Origin: an uncultured Pseudomonadota bacterium
GTDB taxonomy: Bacteria; Pseudomonadota; Alphaproteobacteria; JACZXZ01
Assembly (NCBI GenBank): GCA_963749075.1
Contig: CAVVLJ010000016.1
Location: 832,001-896,000 of the forward strand
Length of the DNA: 64,000 nt
Direction: 5' to 3'
The notes beneath the pieces were generated by a model. The model was not told the origin of the DNA and searched no databases. It saw only the letters and a program-made list of their open reading frames with translations. Within the stretch, counting starts at the first letter, position 1, and every line of letters starts with the position of its first letter. A program made the position numbers and the translations under genes. This document shows, piece by piece, positions 29,591-38,366 of the stretch.

Positions 29591-31771
29591 ATGTCGCTCC
29601 AGGACGAGAGAGCCGAGGCGGTCGCCGAGACCATCGACGCCGCGCGCGCAATCATCGCCCGCATGGGCCTCACGCCCGAGGCGCTCGCGCGCATAGCGCC
29701 CGAGCTCACGGCCCTTGCCGGCCGCGGCGAGCTTTTCCCGCCCGAGCAGTTCCCCCTCGGTCCCAATGGCGCGAGCAAGGTCTATTACCTGGCGCAGGAT
29801 CCCGACGAGCAATACGCCATCTACGCCTCGGCCGGCGCTCCGGGCAAGGCGGTGCCGCCCCACAACCACACCACCTGGGCCATCATCTCCGGCGTCTACG
29901 GCCTCGAGCACAACGTGGTCTATGAGCGCATCGACAACCGCGAGACCCCTGGCGAGGGCAAGCTGCGCCGCGTGCGCGAGGTTCCCGTCCGCAAGGGGAA
30001 CGCGATCTGCCTCATGCCCGACGACTTCCACACCATCGAGGTGACCGGACGCGAGGAGGCGCTCCACCTCCACCTCTACGGCCGCAGCCTCGAGGCGATC
30101 CCCGAGCGCATCTTCTTCAAGGATGCCACGGGCGGGCCCTACCAGCGCTATCCCGCCAACACGAATATCACGAGCCCGCGCGTCTCGCCGGCAGCGCTCA
30201 AGGCCATGCTGCGGGACGGCGGCGAGCTCGCACTCCTCGACGTGCGCGAGGAGGGCGTCTTCGGCGAGGGCCATCTCCTCTTCGCCGTCAACCTGCCCTT
30301 GAGCCAGCTCGAGCTGCGCCTTGCAGCGCTCGTCCCGCGCCGGCGCGCGCGCGTGGTGCTGGTCGACGGCGACGACGGGCTCGCCGAACGGGCGGCCGCC
30401 AAGCTGCGCCGCTTCGGCTATCAGAACATCTCGCTCTTGCAGGGCGGGGTTGCGGCCTGGAAGGCGGCGGGCTACGAGCTCTTCAGTGGCGTCCATGTGC
30501 CGAGCAAGGCCTTCGGCGAGCTCGTCGAGCACCGCGAGGCGACGCCCCACATCACCGCCGAGGCGCTCAAGGCCAAACGCGATGCGGGCGAGGACCTCAT
30601 CATCCTCGACAGCCGGCCGCTCGACGAGTTCTCGGTCATGAGCATTCCGGGCGGGGTGGATTGCCCCGGGGCCGAGCTCGTCTACCGCATCCATGAGACC
30701 GTGAGGTCGCCCACCACGCTCGTCGTGGTCAATTGCGCCGGGCGCACGCGCAGCATCATAGGCGCCCAGTCGCTCATCAACGCAGGCCTCAAGAACCCGG
30801 TGGCGGCGCTCAAGAACGGCACCATGGGCTGGCATCTTGCCGGCCTGCCGCTCGCCAAGGGCGAGTGCCGCGAGGCGCCGCGGCCGGGTCCCGCAGCACT
30901 CGCCAAGGCGCAATCGGCGGCGGCTCAGGTGGCCCAGCGCTTCGGCGTGCGCGTCATCGGCGAGCGCGAGCTCAGAGAGCTCGAGGCCGAGGCCGGCCGC
31001 CGCAGCCTCTATCTCTTCGACGTGCGCGATCCGGCCGATTACCGCGCCGGGCATATCCGCGGTTGGCGCTCCTCTCCCGGCGGGCAGCTCGTGCAGGCGA
31101 CCGACAGCTACGTGGGCGTGCGCAATGCCCGCATCGTGGTGACGGACGACGACGGCGTGCGTGCGCGCATGACCGCCTCCTGGCTCGTGCAGATGGGTGC
31201 GGGCGAGGTCTATGTGCTGGCCGAGGGCAGCCTCGGAGATGCGCGCGTCGCGGGGGACGAGGAGCCCGAGCTTCTCGGCCTCGAGGCGGGCGGCGGCGAG
31301 GCGATCGCGCCCGCGGCGCTGGCCAAGGCGCTCGCGGCCGGCGAGGCGCTCGTCGTCGATCTCGACAGCAGCCTCGGCTACCGCAAGGGCCACATCCCGG
31401 GCGCCTGGTGGGCCGTGCGTGCGCGCCTCGCTGCGGCGCTCGCCAGGCTGCCGCAGGCGGCGATGCTCGTGCTCACCTCGCCCGACGGCAGGCTGGCGCG
31501 GCTCGCGGCCGCCGAGGCTGCGAAGCTCGCTCGTGTGCCGGTAAAGCTGCTGGCGGGCGGCACCGCCGCCTGGCGCACCGCAGGATTGCCGCTCGAGGAT
31601 AGCGAGGAGCGGCTCGCCGACGCGCCCGACGACGTGATGTACAAGCCCTACGACCGCCGGGCGCGCGTCGAGGACGCCATGCGGCAGTATTTGAGCTGGG
31701 AAGTCGACCTGGTGGGGCAGGTCGAGCGCGACGGCGACGCGCCGTTCCTGGCACCGGTGCGGCACGGCTGA
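29591..31771 (+). CDS. Cysteine/thiol dioxygenase-like cupin fused to a four-domain rhodanese
   Basis: PPHNHTTW..DDFH..LHLHLYG, then LDVRE, LDSRP..NCAGRTRS, FDVRD and VVDLD rhodanese repeats in one reading frame. Confidence 0.85.
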   Translation: MSLQDERAEAVAETIDAARAIIARMGLTPEALARIAPELTALAGRGELFPPEQFPLGPNGASKVYYLAQDPDEQYAIYASAGAPGKAVPPHNHTTWAIISGVYGLEHNVVYERIDNRETPGEGKLRRVREVPVRKGNAICLMPDDFHTIEVTGREEALHLHLYGRSLEAIPERIFFKDATGGPYQRYPANTNITSPRVSPAALKAMLRDGGELALLDVREEGVFGEGHLLFAVNLPLSQLELRLAALVPRRRARVVLVDGDDGLAERAAAKLRRFGYQNISLLQGGVAAWKAAGYELFSGVHVPSKAFGELVEHREATPHITAEALKAKRDAGEDLIILDSRPLDEFSVMSIPGGVDCPGAELVYRIHETVRSPTTLVVVNCAGRTRSIIGAQSLINAGLKNPVAALKNGTMGWHLAGLPLAKGECREAPRPGPAALAKAQSAAAQVAQRFGVRVIGERELRELEAEAGRRSLYLFDVRDPADYRAGHIRGWRSSPGGQLVQATDSYVGVRNARIVVTDDDGVRARMTASWLVQMGAGEVYVLAEGSLGDARVAGDEEPELLGLEAGGGEAIAPAALAKALAAGEALVVDLDSSLGYRKGHIPGAWWAVRARLAAALARLPQAAMLVLTSPDGRLARLAAAEAAKLARVPVKLLAGGTAAWRTAGLPLEDSEERLADAPDDVMYKPYDRRARVEDAMRQYLSWEVDLVGQVERDGDAPFLAPVRHG

Positions 31772-31793
31772 GCAGCACCCCTGAGGTGCACCC

Positions 31794-32855
31794 GTGAGCG
31801 AGATCGACGCTCTCCTCCGCGACACGGCGGAGCGCCTCTTCGCCGGTCACTGCGGCCGCGCGGTGCTCGAGGCTGCGGAGGAGGGGGCGTGGCCCGAGGC
31901 GTTGTGGGGCGTCGTCGAGGCGGCGGGCTTCACCAAGGCGCTCTTGCCCGAGGCCGCGGGCGGCTCGGGCGTTGCGGCCGGCGACGCCTGGAGCCTGGTG
32001 CGCACCGCCGCCCGCTTCTCGGCACCCATCCCGCTCGGCGAGACGATGCTCGCGGCGCTCCTCCTCGCCGAGGCCGGGCTCGCGGTGCCGGACGGGCCTC
32101 TTTCCCTTGCGCCGGTCAATTGCCGCGACCGCCTGACCCTGCGGCGGCGCGGGGGCGGCTGGCACCTCGCGGGATCGGCGGCGCGCGTTCCCTGGGCGCG
32201 CCATGCCCAAGCCCTTGTCCTCCTCGTCGCGGAGGGCAACCGCACGATGGCGGTGCGCCTCAAGCCGGACGCCGCGGCGATCAGGCAGGGCAGCAATCTG
32301 GCCGGCGAGCCGCGCGACGATGTGATGCTCGACGCAGGCCTCGCGGGCGATGAGGTGGCGCCGCTCGAGGGCGGCCTCGACCGCCAACGCCTCCACGCCT
32401 TGGGTGCGGCACTGCGCACCATCCAGATGGCAGGGGCGCTCGATCAGGCGTTGGAGACGACGGTGCGCTATGCCGGCGAGCGCGTGCAGTTCGGCCGGCC
32501 GATCGCCAAGTTCCAGGCGGTGCAGCAGAACCTCGCCGTGCTGGCCGGGCAGGCGGCGGCGGCAGGGGCTGCGGCCAACATGGCGGTTGAGGCGCTCGCC
32601 TCGGGCGCGAGCCCGCTCGCCATCGCCAGCGCCAAGCTGCGCGCCGGCGAGGCGGCCGGCATCGCCGCCGGGGTGGCCCACCAGGTCCACGGCGCCATCG
32701 GCTTCACCCGCGAATACGCCCTCAATTACAGCACGCGGCGCCTCTGGGCCTGGCGCGACGAGTTCGGCAACGAGGCCGAATGGGCCGCCCTCCTCGGCAG
32801 CCACGCCGCCGCCGCCGGCCCTGACGGCCTGTGGGCCGCGATCGCGGCGATATAG
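31794..32855 (+). CDS. Acyl-CoA dehydrogenase family (short subunit type)
   Basis: ERVQFGRPIAKFQAVQ, HQVHGAIGFTREY. Confidence 0.88.
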   Translation: MSEIDALLRDTAERLFAGHCGRAVLEAAEEGAWPEALWGVVEAAGFTKALLPEAAGGSGVAAGDAWSLVRTAARFSAPIPLGETMLAALLLAEAGLAVPDGPLSLAPVNCRDRLTLRRRGGGWHLAGSAARVPWARHAQALVLLVAEGNRTMAVRLKPDAAAIRQGSNLAGEPRDDVMLDAGLAGDEVAPLEGGLDRQRLHALGAALRTIQMAGALDQALETTVRYAGERVQFGRPIAKFQAVQQNLAVLAGQAAAAGAAANMAVEALASGASPLAIASAKLRAGEAAGIAAGVAHQVHGAIGFTREYALNYSTRRLWAWRDEFGNEAEWAALLGSHAAAAGPDGLWAAIAAI

Positions 32856-32880
32856 CGATCCCTCGCTGCCGCCGATTCGT

Positions 32881-33030
32881 TCCTCTCCTCCTTTAGGAGG
32901 AGAGGAAGGGGCCCGTCGCGAAGCGATGGGAAGGTGAGGAGGCGGAGCGCATGAAAGCCTTTGCGACCGACGAAGTGTCTTGCAATGCCGCCTCCTCACC
33001 CCGACCCTCTCCTCCTAAAGGAGGAGAGGG
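32881..33030. repeat. REP-like palindromic element, variant stem
   Basis: TCCTCTCCTCCT-TT-AGGAGGAGAGGA (32881-32906) and CCCTCTCCTCCT-AA-AGGAGGAGAGGG (33005-33030), with GGTGAGGAGGCGG / CCGCCTCCTCACC inner arms. Confidence 0.8.
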
Positions 33031-33105
33031 GGATCGGCGCCGTCGTCGGACAACTGCGCGCATATGTATTACAATTGCTCGACGTAGCGGTTCGAGGCAA
33101 TTGCC

Positions 33106-33384
33106 ATGACGAAGACGCGTGACGTAAGCGTGGAGGCTTGGCAGGTCACGGAAATAAGGAAAGCTCTTGCCGAAGCGGACGATGGCTGCCTGGTCGCCCA
33201 CGAGGCGGTCGTGGAATGGGTCAGCTCTTGGGCGCGCGGCCGTAGGAAGCCGCGGCCGAGATCGTGAGCATCCGTAGAGCGGATCGTGCCGTCGGTCGCC
33301 TATCGCGTCCATCTCGATGTCGTGCACATCCTTCGCGTGCTTCATGCCCGCCAGCGCTGGCCCGAGACGTTCGAGGAGCGATGA
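33106..33384 (+). pseudogene. Deleted antitoxin + RelE/ParE toxin remnant
   Basis: 53-aa ORF 33106-33267 (EAWQVTEIRKALAEADDG..HEAVVEWVSSW); toxin C-terminal fragment VAYRVHLDVVHILRVLHARQRWP ending at TGA 33384. Confidence 0.7.
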
Positions 33385-33385
33385 C

Positions 33386-35554
33386 GTGAGCGCCTCACCC
33401 GCCTCCCTCGCGAGCCTGCTCTCGCCCGCCTCGATCGCCGTCGTCGGCGCCTCGCCCGACGGCACCCGCATCCGCGGCGCGCTCCTCCACATGCTGCGGC
33501 GGAACGGCTACGGCGGGGGCATCTATGCGGTCAACCCGAGCTACCGGGAGATCGCGGGCGTGCCCTGCTTTCCCTCCATTGCCGAGATCGGAGCACCGGT
33601 CGATCTGGCGCTCATCGCCGTTCCGGCCGCGGCGGTGCCGGCGGTCCTCGAGGACTGCGCCGACGCGGGCGTGCGCCATGCCGTCGTCATCTCCTCGGGC
33701 TTCGCCGAGGGCGACGGCGCCGACCGCGCCCTCGAGGAGCGCGTGGCGGCCATCGCGCGGCGCACGCCCTTGCGCATATTGGGTCCCAATTCGGAGGGCT
33801 TCCACAACGAGCTGGCGCGGGTGACCGCGACCTTCAGCCCGGCGCTCGAGCCCAAAGAGGGCGAGGAGCCGCTCTCGGCCACCCCCCGCCGCATCGCCGT
33901 CGTGGCGCAGAGCGGCGGCATCGGCTTCTCCTTCCTCAACCGCGGCCGCGCGCTCGGGCTTGCCTTCAGCTCGCTCGTCAGCACCGGCAACGAGGCCGAT
34001 CTTACGGCGGCCAACTTCCTCGCCCATTTTGCCGCCGACAGCGAGAGCGATGTCATCCTCCTCTTCCTCGAATGCGTGCGCGATGCGGAGCGCTTTCTCG
34101 CCGCCGCCCGTGCCGCGGCCGCCGCCGCGAAGCCGGTGGTGATGATCAAGATCGGCCGCACGCGCGCCGGTGCCCGCGCCGCCGCCTCGCACACCGCCAG
34201 CATGGCGGGCTGGAGTGCCGCCTACGACGCCGCAGCCAAGAGCACCGGCATGATCCAAGCGGGCGATCCGGACGAGGCGCTCGCCTTAGCCGCACTCCTC
34301 GCCGCCTCGCCCTTGCCCGAGGGCAACCGCGTCGCCGTGGTTACGACCTCGGGCGGGGCGGGGGCCTGGATGGCGGATGCGCTCGCCGCGCGCGGGCTCG
34401 AGCTCCCGGAGCTCGGGGCCGAGACCCAGCGCGCCTTGGCCGCCCTGATGCCCTCCTACGGCTCCGCGCGCAATCCCGTCGATATCACTGCCCAGGTGGC
34501 GCTGAGCGGCGGTCTGACGCACGCCATCGAGCTCCTCTGCGGCAGCGACGAGATCGACGCCATCGTCGTCACCACCTCGCTCGCCCGCGAGAACCGCGTG
34601 ATCGTCGACCTCGAGGCCCTCCGCACTCTCGTCAAGCCCCAGGGCAAGCCGGTGCTGTTCTACAGCTATACCCTGCCCTCGGCCCTCGCGCGCCGCTCGT
34701 TCGCCGCATGCGGCATCGTGATCCATACGGGCCTCGCGGCGCTCGCGGGAGCGCTCGCTGCGGCGCTTTGGCGGCGGAACTACCGGCCGCCGGTGCCTGC
34801 GGCGCCGCGGCCCGAGGCTGCGAGGCGCGACGAGCTCCGCCGCCATCTCGAGGGGCCGGGACGCACGTTCTGCGAATACGAGGCGAAGCGCGTGCTTGCC
34901 GCCTACGGCTTCGTCCTGCCGACGGAGCGGCTGGTGGCCGACATGGAGGAGCTCGAGAGCGCCGCGGCCGTCTTCGGCTATCCGTTGGCACTCAAGGCGC
35001 AGTCGCCCGAGCTTCCCCACAAGAGCGAAGCGGGCGGCGTCCGCCTCGGCATCGCCGACGGTCCGGCGCTCCACGCCGCCTATGGCGCCATCCTCGGCGC
35101 CGTCGAGCGCCACCTCCCGGGCTTACGCCTCCATGGCGTGCTCGTGGCCGAGATGGCGCGGCCGGGTATCGAGATGATCGTGGGCGCCATGCGCGACGCG
35201 GTCTTCGGGCCCGTCGTCATGGTCGGCGCCGGCGGCGTCATGGCCGAGCTCTTCGAGGACGCGAGCTATCGCCTGGCGCCGGTCGACGAGGCTACGGCGA
35301 TGGAGATGCTGGACGAGCTCAAGAGCCGGCAGCTCCTGGACGGCTTCCGCGGCGCACCCGCCGCCGACAAGGAGGCGCTCGCCGCCGTCATCGCACGGCT
35401 CTCCGACTTTGCCGTCGACTATGGCGATCTCGTGCGCGAGGTGGAGATCAACCCGCTCGTCGTCCACTCCGTGGGCGAAGGCTGCACCATCGTCGACGCG
35501 CTCCTGGTGACCGAGCCCGTCGGCAAGAGGCCCTCCCGCGCCGGGAGTCATTGA
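33386..35554 (+). CDS. Acetate--CoA ligase (ADP-forming) family acyl-CoA synthetase
   Basis: SIAVVGAS, LGPNSEG, QSGG, AAASHTASMAG, HKSEAGGV, EINPL. Confidence 0.9.
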   Translation: MSASPASLASLLSPASIAVVGASPDGTRIRGALLHMLRRNGYGGGIYAVNPSYREIAGVPCFPSIAEIGAPVDLALIAVPAAAVPAVLEDCADAGVRHAVVISSGFAEGDGADRALEERVAAIARRTPLRILGPNSEGFHNELARVTATFSPALEPKEGEEPLSATPRRIAVVAQSGGIGFSFLNRGRALGLAFSSLVSTGNEADLTAANFLAHFAADSESDVILLFLECVRDAERFLAAARAAAAAAKPVVMIKIGRTRAGARAAASHTASMAGWSAAYDAAAKSTGMIQAGDPDEALALAALLAASPLPEGNRVAVVTTSGGAGAWMADALAARGLELPELGAETQRALAALMPSYGSARNPVDITAQVALSGGLTHAIELLCGSDEIDAIVVTTSLARENRVIVDLEALRTLVKPQGKPVLFYSYTLPSALARRSFAACGIVIHTGLAALAGALAAALWRRNYRPPVPAAPRPEAARRDELRRHLEGPGRTFCEYEAKRVLAAYGFVLPTERLVADMEELESAAAVFGYPLALKAQSPELPHKSEAGGVRLGIADGPALHAAYGAILGAVERHLPGLRLHGVLVAEMARPGIEMIVGAMRDAVFGPVVMVGAGGVMAELFEDASYRLAPVDEATAMEMLDELKSRQLLDGFRGAPAADKEALAAVIARLSDFAVDYGDLVREVEINPLVVHSVGEGCTIVDALLVTEPVGKRPSRAGSH
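35286..35341 (+). repeat. 56-bp segment duplicated at 38235-38290
   Basis: 50/56 identical by manual alignment. Confidence 0.85.
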
Positions 35555-35683
35555 CGCGTAGCCCGCCCCCCTTGTGTCTCAGAGATGGGCTAAGAGAAGC
35601 CTGGGGCAGCGGGGTGGCCATCCCGTTCCCCTCTCAAAAGGGAGGAAGGGTCTTTTTGGGTGCGGGAGCCCGCCTTGCCCGCT

Positions 35684-35853
35684 CTCGATCCGATCGAGAT
35701 GGCGTTCGCTAAGCTCAAAACTCTGCCCCGATCCGAAGGGAGCCTCAGAGAACTGTCGACGCATCGGACAGCTCCTCGACAACTTCACGCCAGCTGAATG
35801 CGCCAACAACCTCCAGGCCGCTGGCTATGGAGACTTATTGTGAAAATGCTCTA
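35684..35853 (+). mobile_element. IS630-family transposase 3' remnant and right end
   Basis: LDPIEMAFAKLKTL, then in another frame IGQLLDNFTPAECANNLQAAGY; ends GAAAATGCTC-TA. Confidence 0.75.
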
Positions 35854-37173
35854 GGCATGTGCAGCGCGATATTTGTCTGCGTTCGTCGTGAATTCAGCGT
35901 GGCCATAGCGCGCCAGTTGCTTGGTCAGTTTGCGGACCAGCGAGCGGTCCGCCGCACCGCTGATCACCGGCAGGCGCGCGGCGATCGCATAGACGGTCAT
36001 CCGTGAGGCGATCAGAATGCCGGCCGCGGCGGCGCCAAGGCAGTCGGCCAAGCCAAGCTGAACCCCGACCCCGGCGGCCGCGCGTTTGTCGCCTCGCATG
36101 AAGTTCCGGACGAAATATACCTTGGCGAAGCCGCGCTCGAGCCAGGCATAGACGCGACTAGCGAGGGAACGATCCCAGGTGAGATCGGCGGCCATCGTCG
36201 CGCCGACCAGCGCGCTGCAATTCTGGTCGAAGCCGTGGAGGAGCGTGGCGTGGCGCGTCAGCATGATGTCGACGATGCCCTGGGGCGTATCCGCCAGCAG
36301 CTCCTCGGGCAGGCCGAGGAGGAAGCAGCGGTAGCGGGCCAACTCGGCGCGCGCGCGCTCGGCGGGGGTGAAGGTCGTGCGGCCGTGGCGCAGCGCCTTT
36401 TGCGCCAGCAGAAAGATCGAGACCAGGCCCGCGGGCATCTGATCGACCTGGGGAATCGGGATGCCGTAGATTTTGGCGTCCCAGCGGTCGCCGCGCCGCA
36501 GAATGTTGAACCGCACCATCGCGTGCATGAGCCGGACCATCGCCGCGGCCTTGAAGCCGGCGCCGTGGCGATCGAGCGCGCCGGGCATGACCGTGGTGGT
36601 GAAGAACGTCGCCGTCTCCTTCGCCCGGCGCGCCACCGACTCGTTCGACAGCGCGCCGGTCAGGGCCATCGGCAACGCGGAATATTTGTTCATGTAGGTG
36701 GCGATGAGGCCGCCCCGGAACACGAACGGCGCCCGGTGAGCATAGGCGTTGCGCTCGACCCGGGCGCCTTGTTCGATCAGCTTCATGTCCAGCCAAGCGG
36801 GGAGCCGCTCCATCTCGCGGATGAACCGGACCAGCTCCGGCGGCGGGGTGGGCACGTTCTCCACCCCGCGATCGCAGGCCTCCATCAGCATCGCGACCAG
36901 CCGCTGGAACCCGAATGTCGGCATCAACGCCGCGTAGGCGTCGGCGACGATGTCGCCGATCATGGTATAGGCCTTGATGCGGGCTACCTGTTCTTCATTG
37001 GCGAGCAGCTCCAGGCGCCGCGACGAAAACTCGGGGGCGAGATCGGTCCGGTCGTCCGGCGCCACCGTGAAGCGCTCGGGCGTGATGGAAAAATCCACGC
37101 GACCGTACATCGAGGGAATCTGAGCGGCTTGAGCCGCGATCTTCCCGGCAAGTTCCGTGATCGAGATACTCAT
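35851..37173 (-). CDS. DUF2236 / MpaB / Lcp (rubber oxygenase)-like heme protein
   Basis: PAWLDMKLIEQG, RAKETATF (RxxET), VRLMHAMVR (heme His), GIPIPQVDQ; no Tat leader. Confidence 0.8.
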   Translation of the reverse strand: MSISITELAGKIAAQAAQIPSMYGRVDFSITPERFTVAPDDRTDLAPEFSSRRLELLANEEQVARIKAYTMIGDIVADAYAALMPTFGFQRLVAMLMEACDRGVENVPTPPPELVRFIREMERLPAWLDMKLIEQGARVERNAYAHRAPFVFRGGLIATYMNKYSALPMALTGALSNESVARRAKETATFFTTTVMPGALDRHGAGFKAAAMVRLMHAMVRFNILRRGDRWDAKIYGIPIPQVDQMPAGLVSIFLLAQKALRHGRTTFTPAERARAELARYRCFLLGLPEELLADTPQGIVDIMLTRHATLLHGFDQNCSALVGATMAADLTWDRSLASRVYAWLERGFAKVYFVRNFMRGDKRAAAGVGVQLGLADCLGAAAAGILIASRMTVYAIAARLPVISGAADRSLVRKLTKQLARYGHAEFTTNADKYRAAHA

Positions 37174-37207
37174 GGCTCGTTAGGCCTCCTGTGCGCCACC
37201 TAGGATA

Positions 37208-37250
37208 CCTATCAAACGATAGGCTTCCATAGATATCTATCATGTGATAG
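37208..37250. promoter_or_regulatory. Two CTATC-N4-GATAG operators between divergent genes
   Basis: CCTATC-AAAC-GATAGG (37208-37223) and CTATC-ATGT-GATAG (37237-37250). Confidence 0.75.
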
Positions 37251-37380
37251 TGTTCTTGGCAAGGGCGAATCGGCTCCGTGCCTGAGGAGCATGATCCAGG
37301 CGGCGGCGCGGCTTGCCGCCGGCCGCGAAGCAGGACTAGACGCCGCTCCGCCTGCGGGTGGCGATCGATGGAGATGAAAG

Positions 37381-38088
37381 ATGTCGGAAACCGTCCCGGC
37401 GCCGCTCAAAGCGTCAAAGACGCGAGCCTTCGCCGGCGCCGGGTACCGGAAGGGGGAGGAGACCCGGCAGAGGATTCTCGACATGGCGCTGAAGGCGTTC
37501 GGCGAGGCCTCCTTCAAGGCCGCGACGACGCGTCGAATTTCACAGGCGGCCGGCGTCAGCCTGCCGACCCTGCAATATTACTTCGGCGGCAAGGAAGGTC
37601 TCTACCGCGCCTGCGCCGAAGCCATTGTCGAACGGTACCGCCACCGTACGGCGGCGGCTGCCGCGAAAGCGGCCGAAGCTTTGAACGAGGATCGCACGGC
37701 GGAGACGGCCCGGGTCCACCTGAAGGCACTAATCGGAGCCCTTGCCGGATTTCTTGTCGGCTCCAAGGAGGCCGAGCGCTGGGCCCAGTTCGTGGCCAGA
37801 GAATTGCGCGACCCCGGCCCGGCGTTCGAGATTCTGTATGAGAGCCTGTGGCGGCCGGGCGTCGAACTCACGGCACGACTGATCGCCCGCGTCCTGGGCA
37901 GACCCGAGAGCGATCCGGCCGCCCGCATTCAAGCGTTGCTGCTGATCTCCAGTCTGCTGGCATTCCAATCCGGGCGCAGTATCTCCTTGCGCACCATGCA
38001 TTGGTCGACGATCGGGCGTGAAGAACTGGCGATGGTTCTGTCCGGCCTGGACGCACAGATCGATGCCATCGGTCGCGATCGATTTTGA
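37381..38088 (+). CDS. TetR family regulator (CecR/YbiH-like C-terminal domain)
   Basis: GEETRQRILDMALKAFG..TTRRISQAAGVSLPTLQYYFGGKEGLY; ARELRDPGPAFE. Confidence 0.85.
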   Translation: MSETVPAPLKASKTRAFAGAGYRKGEETRQRILDMALKAFGEASFKAATTRRISQAAGVSLPTLQYYFGGKEGLYRACAEAIVERYRHRTAAAAAKAAEALNEDRTAETARVHLKALIGALAGFLVGSKEAERWAQFVARELRDPGPAFEILYESLWRPGVELTARLIARVLGRPESDPAARIQALLLISSLLAFQSGRSISLRTMHWSTIGREELAMVLSGLDAQIDAIGRDRF

Positions 38089-38234
38089 CGGGGCGAGACA
38101 CGTCGTCGCCGAGCGTTGGTGCGGGCCCAGTTTGCCCGTCCGAGGGATGCCGATCCTGAAATTGCAGGAAGCGAAGGACGACCTCGCTTCGATGCGCGGC
38201 AAAGTGCGCGCATCTGTCCCGATACGGAAGGCCA

Positions 38235-38290
38235 ACGAGGCGACGGCCCTCGAGATGCTGGGCGAGCTCAAGAGCCGGCGGCTCCTGGAC
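38235..38290 (+). repeat. Second copy of the acyl-CoA ligase segment
   Basis: Encodes EATALEMLGELKSRRLLD versus EATAMEMLDELKSRQLLD in the intact gene. Confidence 0.85.
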
Positions 38291-38366
38291 CCCGGTTTTC
38301 GCTGGGGTGACGACGGAGAGTTTTCTAGCTGATCGAGAGCCGCTCCTATAAAGCCGCCGGCCGCGG

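Noticed and set aside
35560-35655. Possible fourth REP-like copy (TTCCCCTCTCAAAAGGGAGGAAGGG)
   Set aside because: Too degenerate to assign with confidence
38018-38332. 104-aa ORF downstream of TetR
   Set aside because: Overlaps the TetR gene; its only recognisable part is the duplicated ligase fragment
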